A stretch of DNA of 60,844 nt, counting the filler. It is 3 parts of 3 records of this genome, joined end to end, with 100 filler letters (N's around TTAATTAATTAA, not from the genome) between each part and the next. Parts side by side here need not be neighbours in the genome. Positions count along the whole stretch, not along the records: positions 21,395 to 46,908 come from SRR22947725_1124; 2 more parts are not named here. One strand, 5' to 3'. The notes under the pieces are model-generated. The model was not told where the DNA came from, did not search any database, and saw only the letters and a list, made by a program, of their open reading frames with translations. The position numbers and the translations under genes are program-made. Shown here piece by piece: positions 21,295-31,061 of the stretch. Each line of letters opens with the position of its first letter. The stretch's first letter is position 1.

Positions 21295-21394
21295 NNNNNN
21301 NNNNNNNNNNNNNNNNNNNNNNNNNNNNNNNNNNNNNNTTAATTAATTAANNNNNNNNNNNNNNNNNNNNNNNNNNNNNNNNNNNNNNNNNNNN
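21295..21394. other. Artificial contig-joining linker
   Basis: 44 N + TTAATTAATTAA (stops in all six frames) + 44 N. Genes on both sides are truncated. Confidence 0.97.
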
Positions 21395-21579
21395 GAGAAA
21401 GTATCTTCATTTTGAAAATGTTCTTCAAGACCTGGTTCAAAAATAGGTATCTCTTTATTTTGTAGTTTTACTATTTTATTTTTATCCAAATCGATAAAGC
21501 TTACCTTATTGCCAAGACTAGCAAAGCCCACGCCTGTGACAAGTCCAACATAACCTGTACCTATGACGACTAAATTCAT
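21395..21579 (-). CDS. UDP-glucose/GDP-mannose dehydrogenase family, N-terminal fragment (truncated at contig edge)
   Basis: [16 protein letters not shown]...D.D..KI..LQ....PIFEPGLEE Rossmann start. Confidence 0.9.
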
Positions 21580-21620
21580 ATTATGCAATGTTAACAAATT
21601 TAGCACTTAAAATGGTCATA

Positions 21621-22703
21621 ATGATAACTTATTTATCTCACTGGGATTGGATATTGTATAAATCTAGAAAAGATTTAATACCTTATATTAACTCTTATGA
21701 AATTCATGCAATGTGTCCTGATGGAGAGTTTGTAAATAAGTTAGAAAATATTTATAAAAGTACAACATTCTGGAAAATAAGAAGAGAGAAATTACTAGAT
21801 TTGAAAGCGATACGCTCATTAAGAAATCACATTAAAGATGTTGAAACTGATTATCACTGTTTTACATTGAAAACCGGGATACTATTTTCAATTGCAAACA
21901 TTTTTCTAAATACTGAAAATAAAGCTGTTTTATCAATTACTGGTCTGGGTTTTATGTTCAGCAAAAATATAAAAGCAAAGATTATAAGAATATTGATGAA
22001 ACCTTTTATAAAAATACTTTTTAATAATTCATTCGACATAATTATTTTTCAGAATCCTTCAGATCAAGAAAAATTTGTTAGTTATTCAAAATTTTCAAAT
22101 AAAACTGAAATAGTACATAGTTCAGGAATAAAAACTGACAATTTTGAAATAAAAAAAATAAATATCCAAAATAACAGTACAACAAAAATTATTCTTGTTT
22201 CAAGACTTTTGTATGATAAAGGAATTCTTGATTACCTAAATCTAGCTGAAAGCTTTAAAAGTGGTAATTTAGAGTTTTATTTAGCTGGAGAAAGAGACGA
22301 TGGAAATCCACAAAATATAAAACAAGAGGATATGGATAAATTATTACAGAGTAAAAACCTTAACTATCTGGGAAAAATAGACGTTGAAAAAGAATTGTCA
22401 AATTTTGATATATTAGTTTTGATGTCTACTCACGAAGGGTTTTCAAGAATACTTCTTGAGGCATTGTACGTGGGACTCTATTGCATTGCTTATAAAATTC
22501 CTGGTACTGAAGGAATGGCTAGTTTTAATAATTTAGAATTGATTAAATCAGGAGAAATAGAAGAATTTAAAAAGTTTATTAACAACTACAGTAGAAACGT
22601 CGACAATACTTATAATACAAAACTAATTGAAGAAAAATATACTTCAAAAGCAATAGCAATAGAATTTGAAAAACTTTATAAAAAAATGGATTTGTTAGAT
22701 TGA
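21621..22703 (+). CDS. Glycosyltransferase family 4 (GT-B)
   Basis: ITGLG, IIFQN..D, SRLLYDKGI, EGFSRILLEA. Start placed at ATG 21621 (ORF track begins at 21588). Confidence 0.88.
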   Translation: MITYLSHWDWILYKSRKDLIPYINSYEIHAMCPDGEFVNKLENIYKSTTFWKIRREKLLDLKAIRSLRNHIKDVETDYHCFTLKTGILFSIANIFLNTENKAVLSITGLGFMFSKNIKAKIIRILMKPFIKILFNNSFDIIIFQNPSDQEKFVSYSKFSNKTEIVHSSGIKTDNFEIKKINIQNNSTTKIILVSRLLYDKGILDYLNLAESFKSGNLEFYLAGERDDGNPQNIKQEDMDKLLQSKNLNYLGKIDVEKELSNFDILVLMSTHEGFSRILLEALYVGLYCIAYKIPGTEGMASFNNLELIKSGEIEEFKKFINNYSRNVDNTYNTKLIEEKYTSKAIAIEFEKLYKKMDLLD

Positions 22704-23734
22704 ATATCTTTCAACTTCCTATCATTTATGCAATTTTTTTTGCATTTACATTTTCTATCTTTATGAATGGAATGTTAATGAGAATAACAAGAAATTATAA
22801 GAAAAAAAATGAAAGAATTGAGAAGAGACTATCCAATAGAAATATTTCTCCCTATGGAGGAATAGCAACATCATTTGCTTTTTTTGTAACAACTATCTTT
22901 TTGGGTAAAGCAGAACAGGACTTTCTAACTATTGGTATTTGTGCCGTAGCCATATCAATAATTGGGTTAATAGATGATATATATAACCTTGAATGGAGGG
23001 CCAAATTGGTAGCACAGACAGTTATAATTATCTATCCTCTTGTTGATTTGGAAATATTTATAAATGTTGAATCATTTCTTGGTCTAGAAATGAACAATTA
23101 TTTAAATATATTCATTTCTCTATTTTGGATTCTTGTAATTATTAATTCGATTAATTTTATTGATAATATGGATGGCCTAACTGTAATAGTTTCTGGAAGT
23201 ATTTGTTTACAGGTTGCGCTTTTGGCAAATTATTCAGATATTTATAAAGTTACAGATGTTTCACTTCTACTGCTAGCGACACTAATTGGATTTCTTTTCT
23301 ACAACTTTCCTCCTGCCAAACTGTATTTTGGTGACTCAGGGACACTATTTGTCGGGTATGTACTCGGATTTATAAGCATAATTTTTGACTGGAATCCATC
23401 ACAAGAAGTAATCCTTCTCTCCCCACTGAGTCCTGCCCTTTTTATATTTGTAGTACCAATATTAGATTTTGCAGTAGTCACAACTGATAGAATTAAAAAC
23501 AAAAAATCTCCAACTACAGGTGGTACGGATCATATATCCCACAGGCTTTTAAATTTGGGATACTCTGAGAAAAAAGTCTTAGTAGAATTTTTAATTCTAA
23601 GTTTTACTTTTTATGCTCTACTGATAGTAACCATATCTTCAAGTGGCTTATTTAGCTATTTCTTTGCTTTTTGTTATCTATTGTTTTTTATTTTTAATTT
23701 TTTAAGATATAGGAAATTAGACTCGCTAGCTTAA
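22700..23734 (+). CDS. WecA/TagO (MraY family) polyprenyl-phosphate GlcNAc-1-phosphate transferase
   Basis: PYGGIA, GLIDD, NSINFIDNMDGL, YNFPPAKLYFGDSG, DHISHRL. Confidence 0.92.
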   Translation: MNIFQLPIIYAIFFAFTFSIFMNGMLMRITRNYKKKNERIEKRLSNRNISPYGGIATSFAFFVTTIFLGKAEQDFLTIGICAVAISIIGLIDDIYNLEWRAKLVAQTVIIIYPLVDLEIFINVESFLGLEMNNYLNIFISLFWILVIINSINFIDNMDGLTVIVSGSICLQVALLANYSDIYKVTDVSLLLLATLIGFLFYNFPPAKLYFGDSGTLFVGYVLGFISIIFDWNPSQEVILLSPLSPALFIFVVPILDFAVVTTDRIKNKKSPTTGGTDHISHRLLNLGYSEKKVLVEFLILSFTFYALLIVTISSSGLFSYFFAFCYLLFFIFNFLRYRKLDSLA

Positions 23735-24448
23735 CTTAGACTCTAACTCAAGAATTCTATCTGGTGTACCAGCATCAATCCACCATCCATTTAGAGTTAT
23801 ATTTTTACAAGTACCTTCTAAAATATAGAGATTATTTAAATCTGTAACTTCATATTCTCCTCGTGCGGAAGGTTTTAAAGTTTCAATTTTTTTCATAACT
23901 GTATCATCGTAAACGTATACACCGACAACAGCATTATTTGATTTTGGGTTTTTTGGCTTTTCTTCGATTGAAACTACATTGTTATTAGAATCTAACTCCG
24001 CTACACCGAACTCTTCTGGATTATTTACATTATATGAAAAGATATAAGCACCTCTACTTTTCATAAGTTCATTTATTTTTAGATTCATAATTGGGTTATA
24101 TTCAAAGAAGTTATCTCCCAAAATAAAGAAAACAGAATCACCAGGATTAATAAATTCTTTAGCACACATTAATGCGTGAGAGATACCTTTTTGTTCGTGT
24201 TGAATTGTAAAGTTTATATTTTTTTCAGGAAAATATGAAATAATGACTTCTCTAATTAGCTTATCAAAAGCTGGGTTAGTTATTATTATAAATTCGTTCA
24301 ATCCCCAACTTGAAAGTTGTTCAATTTGACGGACAATCATTGGTGTGCCATCGACTTCTAATAGAATTTTAGTAGATTCATTTCCTCTGAATCCTTGCAA
24401 GCGTGTTCCTAGACCGCCTGCAGCAATTACAGTTTTTAATTTGTTCAT
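23726..24448 (-). CDS. Sugar-1-phosphate nucleotidyltransferase (RmlA/RfbA-like)
   Basis: AAGGLGTRL, LGDN, FGVAE, IEEKPKNPKSN, PSARGEYEVTD, WIDAGT. Confidence 0.9.
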   Translation of the reverse strand: MNKLKTVIAAGGLGTRLQGFRGNESTKILLEVDGTPMIVRQIEQLSSWGLNEFIIITNPAFDKLIREVIISYFPEKNINFTIQHEQKGISHALMCAKEFINPGDSVFFILGDNFFEYNPIMNLKINELMKSRGAYIFSYNVNNPEEFGVAELDSNNNVVSIEEKPKNPKSNNAVVGVYVYDDTVMKKIETLKPSARGEYEVTDLNNLYILEGTCKNITLNGWWIDAGTPDRILELESKLS

Positions 24449-24487
24449 AAAAATAATTATATAGTTATACTTGGTTTTTGGTTCAGA

Positions 24488-25600
24488 ATGAAAATATTAA
24501 ATAAATATACATACTTATTTGTAGGCTTGTTAGCCTCTGCATCTCTAATTGTCTTTATTGTACTCCCTAGGTTTGAAAAACAAGAATTTGACCCTAGTAG
24601 AGTTGAAGATATATCTTCAGGAGTAACTACTACTTCAATACCTGTCGAAAGTACTCAAGAAAATACGCCATTAGTAACATCACCAGAAATACCCGAATTT
24701 GAACAAAGTGAAATTGAGAAACTACTAATTGAAAATAATGCAACTGAAAAAGTAACAAATTATCAAACTTATCTTCTTATAGGTAGCGATGAAAGAGATG
24801 AAAATTCATCCGCTTCTAGAGGTTATGTCGAGGGTCAGCGTGCTGATGTAATTATTGTAGGCCTTGTAGATGAAGGTTCAAACAAACATTACCTACTTTC
24901 AATTCCAAGAGATACGTTAATTGTAAATACTTGTACTGGGAATTTGGAAAGAATAAATGCTTCATATTCTAAGAATGAATGTGGAAATAACGCAGAAAAT
25001 CTTGCAGCAGCTGTGAGTGGAATAACAGGTATTAAGATAAATCATTTTGCAAGTTTTAACTTTGAAGGATTTGAAAATATAATTGATTCATTTGATGGAA
25101 TCGAAATATGTGTAGAAACGACTCAACGTGAAGGTTATGCGTTCGAATTACAAAAAGGTTGCCAAGTTGTCACCGGAGCTACAGCACTAAATTGGGTTGT
25201 ATCTCGAAATACAGAAATCTTAGTTGGTAATAAAGTATTGGACGAAAATGGTGAAGATGTATCAGAATGGGTCAAGATGATTGGTGTTAGTGACCTATCA
25301 AGAAATGAACGTCAACAATATGTAATACTTCAACTTTTAAAAAAATTAAATGACTTCAAATCTCTTACTGAATTAAACAAATTTATTAATACCCTAGAGG
25401 ACTCTTTTGTAATTGATGAAAATCTAACTATCAATAAAGCAATTAATACACTTTGGGATTTTAGAGGAACAGATTTTGACAGCATAAAAAAACTTTCTAT
25501 ACCAACATTTTCTTATGAACTTGAGGATGGAAGACAGGTTTTAATTATTTCAAGAAATTTTACTGAATATGCAAAAGAAGTTGGTTTGATTACACCTTAA
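24488..25600 (+). CDS. LCP (LytR-CpsA-Psr) family glycopolymer ligase
   Basis: N-terminal TM, LLIGSDER, RADVII, LSIPRDT, RINASY, DLSRNERQQ. Confidence 0.92.
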   Translation: MKILNKYTYLFVGLLASASLIVFIVLPRFEKQEFDPSRVEDISSGVTTTSIPVESTQENTPLVTSPEIPEFEQSEIEKLLIENNATEKVTNYQTYLLIGSDERDENSSASRGYVEGQRADVIIVGLVDEGSNKHYLLSIPRDTLIVNTCTGNLERINASYSKNECGNNAENLAAAVSGITGIKINHFASFNFEGFENIIDSFDGIEICVETTQREGYAFELQKGCQVVTGATALNWVVSRNTEILVGNKVLDENGEDVSEWVKMIGVSDLSRNERQQYVILQLLKKLNDFKSLTELNKFINTLEDSFVIDENLTINKAINTLWDFRGTDFDSIKKLSIPTFSYELEDGRQVLIISRNFTEYAKEVGLITP

Positions 25601-27588
25601 TCTTTAAATAAATTACTCATCATATAAGTTGGGATAATCCAAAAGTATATTGCTAAATCTGGAGAGTAGATTATATCATTTGTTAAGTTCTGAGTTAAAA
25701 AAGCAAGCATTAAACTCAGTTCTAGTTCATTCTTAGAACCTATATTTTTATAAATAATTATAAGTAAAAAGAGTATGATTAGCATCACTGGAAAAAGGCC
25801 GTACTCTACTGCCATCGTCAAAAATCCATTATGAGATGTTGTAATCTCATCATATTGGGAAATAGAAAAATCAGAAATTATTGAACTAAATTTTCCATTT
25901 TCTGATATTAATTTACCAGATCTTAAACTTTGACCTCCAAGAAAGTTAGAATATCCACTAACAATATCATCAACCCAAAAGAAATACATTCTTCCGTCAA
26001 CTACAGACCACTTCCAGGATTGATTGTTAACTAATTCTGAATTATTGATAATTGAACTTTGACTAAAAAGTGTTTCATTTCCTTTTGGAATATTGTTAAG
26101 TTTAAGCTGCAGAATTATGTCAAAATCTTTCTCAGTAATTGAAGTTTGATTTGGTATTGCTACCCAGTAACTTCTTGGCCTTTTAAGCTGTAAACCAGCC
26201 TCAGTATATACTATTTTTCCATCATTTCTATTATCATAAAAATCTTCTGTCATAGGGAGGTAGATATAATATTCGGTGTCTCTATTTCCACTAGAGAGTA
26301 CATATTCAAAGCTCTCAACTCCAACTTTAATTTCTATTTTTTTTACAAAACCATCTAAGTATGATCCTCCAGGTGATTGCCCGTCTCCCCAACCCCCTAA
26401 TTCAAAATAAGAATCATTCTCTAGTAAATTTATTATCAGACCACTTGTGTGGTCAGATCCAATTTGTAGCCAATTATTTCCATCCGAAGAGTGGTAAAAA
26501 GACACGACAGACCTTGGTAATATCCCATCCCTGTAATCAAAACTTAGTTTTAAATAACCTTCGGTTTCTTCATCAACTTCAGATTCTACCTCTTTCTTAT
26601 TTGCTTCTTTGTCGGCCTCTGTATATTCAATATTAAATCTATCAAATAATTCATCATCGTTGAGAGTGACTAAATAATCTTTGTAAACTTCTTTTACATA
26701 ATTACCCCCACCAGTACCAACAAAAAGTTCGACACTGTTAATTCCCAGATTGTTTAGGAAGCTTCTATTTGACTGTTTAAGAAAGATTGAAGGAAATATA
26801 TAAATAACAACCCCTGATGACAAAATAATGAATACAGAAATAATAATTTTTGATTTTTTATTGAATGTTTCTGTATAGAAAAGAATTACTAACGATCCTG
26901 CAAAAAAAGCAATATACGAACCTCGTGAATAGGTTATATAAAGATTAAAAATAGAAATGATTAACAATATTGTATTAAATTTATTATCTTTCAAGTTGAG
27001 TAGAATATTTTTTGATTTTAAAACTTTAAAAAGACAAACTAATGCTGAGATTGAACATATTAAACCAATAACATTTGGCCCACCTCCCTGAAAACCACCT
27101 AGACGACCGGATGTAAAAGGATTGGTGCTTCCTGTGTTGTTTAGTATCCAACCGTCAATAGTACCTGGTAATTGAATCTGAAATATAGCGACTATAAAAT
27201 TAGCAACCATGACAATAGACAAGGGCTCAAAAATTCCAATTATTCCATATTTGGAATTTTTTACTAAGTCAACACATAAATAAGCCAAAAGAAAGTAGAA
27301 ATAAAATCTTATGTTTGTTTGATTGAAAATTTGAAAGTTTTGAGTAAATATATTCGAATAAAAAATAAATAAAATCAAAAATGAAATAAAAGTTTTATCA
27401 AATCTTGTGATTGTTAAATTTGTTAATTTTCTATAGAAAAGAACTACAAATAAAAATATAACTGGAATGTCTTCAAAATTTATTCCAAGAAAATCTAAAC
27501 CATAATTTGGAGGAATGATTAAAGAAAAGGAAATTATTAAACCAATAAATTTAACATTTATATTTTTAAGATTCATAAATCTTTTCAA
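25597..27588 (-). CDS. O-antigen ligase/Wzy-like membrane protein with a large extracytoplasmic insertion
   Basis: Multi-TM. R..G...GPN..G, TYSRGS, GTGGGNY and SHNGFL..AVEYG motifs, with ~290 aa between the last two. Start may be ATG 27576. Confidence 0.75.
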   Translation of the reverse strand: MKRFMNLKNINVKFIGLIISFSLIIPPNYGLDFLGINFEDIPVIFLFVVLFYRKLTNLTITRFDKTFISFLILFIFYSNIFTQNFQIFNQTNIRFYFYFLLAYLCVDLVKNSKYGIIGIFEPLSIVMVANFIVAIFQIQLPGTIDGWILNNTGSTNPFTSGRLGGFQGGGPNVIGLICSISALVCLFKVLKSKNILLNLKDNKFNTILLIISIFNLYITYSRGSYIAFFAGSLVILFYTETFNKKSKIIISVFIILSSGVVIYIFPSIFLKQSNRSFLNNLGINSVELFVGTGGGNYVKEVYKDYLVTLNDDELFDRFNIEYTEADKEANKKEVESEVDEETEGYLKLSFDYRDGILPRSVVSFYHSSDGNNWLQIGSDHTSGLIINLLENDSYFELGGWGDGQSPGGSYLDGFVKKIEIKVGVESFEYVLSSGNRDTEYYIYLPMTEDFYDNRNDGKIVYTEAGLQLKRPRSYWVAIPNQTSITEKDFDIILQLKLNNIPKGNETLFSQSSIINNSELVNNQSWKWSVVDGRMYFFWVDDIVSGYSNFLGGQSLRSGKLISENGKFSSIISDFSISQYDEITTSHNGFLTMAVEYGLFPVMLIILFLLIIIYKNIGSKNELELSLMLAFLTQNLTNDIIYSPDLAIYFWIIPTYMMSNLFKD

Positions 27589-27589
27589 G

Positions 27590-27663
27590 TGGGCCCGGCA
27601 GGACTCGAACCTGCGACCGACGGATTATGAGTCCGTTGCTCTAACCAACTGAGCTACAGGCCC
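27590..27663 (-). tRNA. tRNA with CAT anticodon, probably tRNA-Ile2 (lysidine type)
   Basis: Reverse complement GGGCCTGTAGCTCAGTTGGTTAGAGC...CTCATAA...GGTTCGAGTCCTGCCGGGCCCA. No encoded CCA. Confidence 0.9.
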
Positions 27664-27668
27664 CTAAA

Positions 27669-27959
27669 TTAACCTATAACAGACTGTAGTTTAAGGGCAA
27701 TTCCCATATCTCCAGCAATCTTGATTTTACCTGTCATAAAAGCTGCTTGAGGACTAACTGATTTGTCATACATCCCTTTAAAAGTTTCCATATCTGTTGT
27801 GATTGTGCAAGCTGCATCACCATCTTCATCGGTAACTTCATTGCTTTCAGGACTCATAAATACTATTTGAGAGTCAACTACCCACTTTATTGACCCGGGT
27901 AATATACTCAAATCTTTACCTTCCATATTTTGTTTTACAAAATCTAATGCTTCTGACAT
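27669..27959 (-). CDS. SCP2 sterol/lipid-binding domain protein
   Basis: ACTIT.D..TF..M......PQAAFMTGKIKIAGDMGIALKL. AGGAGG SD upstream. Confidence 0.88.
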   Translation of the reverse strand: MSEALDFVKQNMEGKDLSILPGSIKWVVDSQIVFMSPESNEVTDEDGDAACTITTDMETFKGMYDKSVSPQAAFMTGKIKIAGDMGIALKLQSVIG

Positions 27960-28021
27960 TTTCCTCCTATAGTCTATCTATTAATTATATACACGATTGT
28001 GAAACTGTTAGTAGATATTTG

Positions 28022-28094
28022 CTCCGAGGGTGGGACTTGAACCCACAACCAACGGATTAACAGTCCGCTGCTCTGCCAATTGAGCTACCTCGGA
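28022..28094 (-). tRNA. tRNA-Asn(GTT)
   Basis: Reverse complement TCCGAGGTAGCTCAATTGGCAGAGC...CTGTTAA...GGTTCAAGTCCCACCCTCGGAG. No encoded CCA. Confidence 0.95.
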
Positions 28095-28117
28095 TAGCAA
28101 ATTAATAATACTATGAA

Positions 28118-29761
28118 TTAAAGTGTATTCTGATAATTTTCGATTTTCTTTTTTAGATCTTCAATTTCTGTGAAAAGCTTAACATCATTTGATTCTTCAA
28201 GTTTACTTATAAGTGAATTAATTTTTAACTCAAAAAAATGAATGTGTAGTCTAGAAACAGCTTCATTAAGTTGTGCATCAGTAAAAGAAATATTTTTATA
28301 GCTTTCACTACTTTTACTATTTTGGTTTGTTTTTAAATCTTCAACTAAGTTATATAATTCAGAATTAGATTCAATCAAATCTTTATACTCTGCTATTTTT
28401 TCGAAATTACTTTTTATCAGACTAGCTAGAAATATTTCCTTAAAGGAATCAATGTGTTGGTTACCATATTGACCCTCAGAGAAATTTTCTTTTGTAATTT
28501 TATTTAATTGCTTATGTTTTAACTCTTTAATTAGGACATCTTTAGGTGTGTCAATCTTTACTGAAAGCTTGTCAAAAGCATAGTCTTGATCTAAGGGGCC
28601 TAATGATGAAATTAGATTTTTAAACTCAGTAAATATTTTTCTTTTATCATTATCTGAAACCTCATCTAATAATGCATCAATACAGAACTCAATTAAATCT
28701 ACTTTGTTTTGAATTAATTCTTCAACATTTAAATTACCTTTTTCATAATATTCACCTATATCTTTATACTCATCGGGAAGAACAATACATGTCAAATTTA
28801 AATCTCTACTTATGGAATCTTTCAATTCAAGGATTCTTTTTGTTGCGTTTACACCAGCGGTATCGTTATCAAAGGATAATATTATATTCGTAGAATATTT
28901 AGATAACTGTTCCAACTGTTGAACCGTTAATGCTGTCCCTGAAGGAGAGGCGGCGTTACTGTACCCTAAGAGATTGAAAGCAATAACGTCAAAATACCCT
29001 TCTGCAATAATTATCTCATTTGACTCTTTAACGCTTTTTAAAAAATTACTGGTAAAGTAAAGGGTCCTATTTTTTTTATAGATTTGAGATTCTGCAGAGT
29101 TAAGATATTTGGGACCAAAGTCACTTAAAGCTCTTCCGCCAAAAGCAACTGTCTCATTTCTGAAATTAGTTATTGGAAATAATATCCTGTCTCTGAATAA
29201 TAAATTTTGTTTTTCACTTAATAATCCTAAAGATTGAAGATTTTGTTTATTAATTTGGTTTGTTTCACAGAATTCATAAAATAGTTTTTCATCAAGTTCT
29301 GCATAACCTAACTTAAAATTTTTTATATCATGATTATCAATTTTTCTGGTAGCTAGATATTTTTTAGGATTTGCAGAGCTTGATTTATTCATATTTTCTA
29401 AAAAATAATCCGAAATTATTTTCAGTTTTTGGATTAAGTTTTTTTGATTTGATTCATATTGTGAATCTGTATATCTTAAATTGAAAGCATACTTTTCTGC
29501 AACAATTTCAACTGATTCTTGAAATTCAACATTATTGATTAGTTGTATATATTTAAAAATATCACCACCCTCTTTACACCCAAAGCAGTGAAATAGATTC
29601 TCTTCATCTGTAAAACTCATGCTCGCCGTTTTCTCTCCATGAAATGGGCAGAGGGCCATTCCTTTGTTCCCTCGTAACTTTCCTGTTGTTGAACTGAGAA
29701 TGAAGTCACTAATTTTTGCTTTTAGTTTTAGGGATTCTATGGAATCTTTGGCAATACCCAT
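28118..29761 (-). CDS. dnaG: DNA primase
   Basis: CPFHGEKTAS...FHCFGC Zn ribbon, FGGR, KYLNS, EGYFD, SFDNDTAG TOPRIM. Confidence 0.96.
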   Translation of the reverse strand: MGIAKDSIESLKLKAKISDFILSSTTGKLRGNKGMALCPFHGEKTASMSFTDEENLFHCFGCKEGGDIFKYIQLINNVEFQESVEIVAEKYAFNLRYTDSQYESNQKNLIQKLKIISDYFLENMNKSSSANPKKYLATRKIDNHDIKNFKLGYAELDEKLFYEFCETNQINKQNLQSLGLLSEKQNLLFRDRILFPITNFRNETVAFGGRALSDFGPKYLNSAESQIYKKNRTLYFTSNFLKSVKESNEIIIAEGYFDVIAFNLLGYSNAASPSGTALTVQQLEQLSKYSTNIILSFDNDTAGVNATKRILELKDSISRDLNLTCIVLPDEYKDIGEYYEKGNLNVEELIQNKVDLIEFCIDALLDEVSDNDKRKIFTEFKNLISSLGPLDQDYAFDKLSVKIDTPKDVLIKELKHKQLNKITKENFSEGQYGNQHIDSFKEIFLASLIKSNFEKIAEYKDLIESNSELYNLVEDLKTNQNSKSSESYKNISFTDAQLNEAVSRLHIHFFELKINSLISKLEESNDVKLFTEIEDLKKKIENYQNTL

Positions 29762-29762
29762 A

Positions 29763-31061
29763 TCAATTCTTAAAATATTTAACTAAGGAATTTATTTCAA
29801 TACGTTCTTGTTCCATTGTGTCTCTGTTTCTTACAGTTACACAATTGTCACTCAATGATTCAAAATCAACAGTTATACAACTTGGGGTACCAATTTCATC
29901 TTGTCTTCTATATCTTTTACCAATTGACTGAGTTACATCAATTTCAGTTCGAAATTGAGTTGAGAGAAGACTGTTTATTTGATTACATATAATTATTAAT
30001 TCATCTTTTTTACTGAGGGGTAAAATTGCTATTTGGATTGGAGCCACGTCAAAATTCATTTTAAAGAGAGTTCTTGTCTCTCCGTTTTCAAGCTGCTCTT
30101 CTTTATAGGTAGAAAGTAATAACGCGAAGACTGTTCTTGTCAATCCACCTGCAGGTTCAATAACAGATGGAAGGTGCTTTGTGTTATCTTTTGAGTCAAA
30201 ATAGGTTAGGTCTTTTCCACTCTTTTCCTGATGAGCCATGAGATCATAATTACCACGATCTGCAATACCTTCAAGCTCTCCCCATCCCCAGGGATAAAGA
30301 TATTCAATATCCGTTGTTGATTTAGCATAGTGAGCCAATTCATCTGGTTCATGAGGTCTTAATCTTAAAAAGTCTTTTCTTAATCCAAGGTTTATATACC
30401 AATCAAGTCTTTTATCTGTCCAGTACTGCTTCCACTCTGCTGCATCCTCTTCTTTACAAAAGAATTCAATTTCCATTTGTTCGAATTCTCTTGTTCTGAA
30501 GATAAACTGACCAGGAGTTATTTCATTTCTAAAAGATTTACCTATATTGGCTATTCCAAATGGAAGCTTAGCTCTCATGGTTCTAAGAACATTTTCAAAA
30601 TTTACAAAAATACCTTGAGCAGTTTCTGGCCTTAAAAAAACTTGTGAATTTTCATTTTTCACTGGTCCAATATTGGTTTCAAACATTAAATTAAAGTTTT
30701 TTGGACTAGTCAAATCTTGCTGATCACAGCAAGGGGGGTCTAAAACAATATCACTTCTAAACCTAGAATTACAATTTTTGCATTCAACCATTGGATCTGA
30801 GAATTCACTTAAATGGCCTGAGGCCCTCCAAACATCTGTACTTTGGATAATTGCTGTGTCCACTGGATAAATTTTTATATCAGATGTTTTTAAGGATTCC
30901 CACCAAAGTCTTGAAATATTATCTTTCAATAGCTTTCCTAATGGACCGTAGTCATATGAACTTCTTAACCCTCCGTATATTGAGGAAGCATTGAATACAA
31001 AACCTCTGTTTTGTGCAATTTTCACAATCTTTTCAAATAATTCTTTATCAGGCTTTTCCAT
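29763..31061 (-). CDS. glyQS: Glycine--tRNA ligase (homodimeric alpha2 type)
   Basis: YDYGPLG, LRPETAQGIF, FRNEITPGQFIFRTREFEQME, GKRYRRQDEIGTP. Confidence 0.97.
   Translation of the reverse strand: MEKPDKELFEKIVKIAQNRGFVFNASSIYGGLRSSYDYGPLGKLLKDNISRLWWESLKTSDIKIYPVDTAIIQSTDVWRASGHLSEFSDPMVECKNCNSRFRSDIVLDPPCCDQQDLTSPKNFNLMFETNIGPVKNENSQVFLRPETAQGIFVNFENVLRTMRAKLPFGIANIGKSFRNEITPGQFIFRTREFEQMEIEFFCKEEDAAEWKQYWTDKRLDWYINLGLRKDFLRLRPHEPDELAHYAKSTTDIEYLYPWGWGELEGIADRGNYDLMAHQEKSGKDLTYFDSKDNTKHLPSVIEPAGGLTRTVFALLLSTYKEEQLENGETRTLFKMNFDVAPIQIAILPLSKKDELIIICNQINSLLSTQFRTEIDVTQSIGKRYRRQDEIGTPSCITVDFESLSDNCVTVRNRDTMEQERIEINSLVKYFKN

Noticed and set aside
21339-21350. TTAATTAATTAA palindromic repeat, also at 46953-46964
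   Set aside because: It is centred in N runs with identical spacing, so it is an assembly/concatenation spacer and not a biological repeat or att site.
20905-21606. ORFs with X runs (20905..21342, 21343..21606, and also 46953..47198) as possible pseudogenes or fusions
   Set aside because: They are simply cut by contig ends. Their apparent stops come from the linker.
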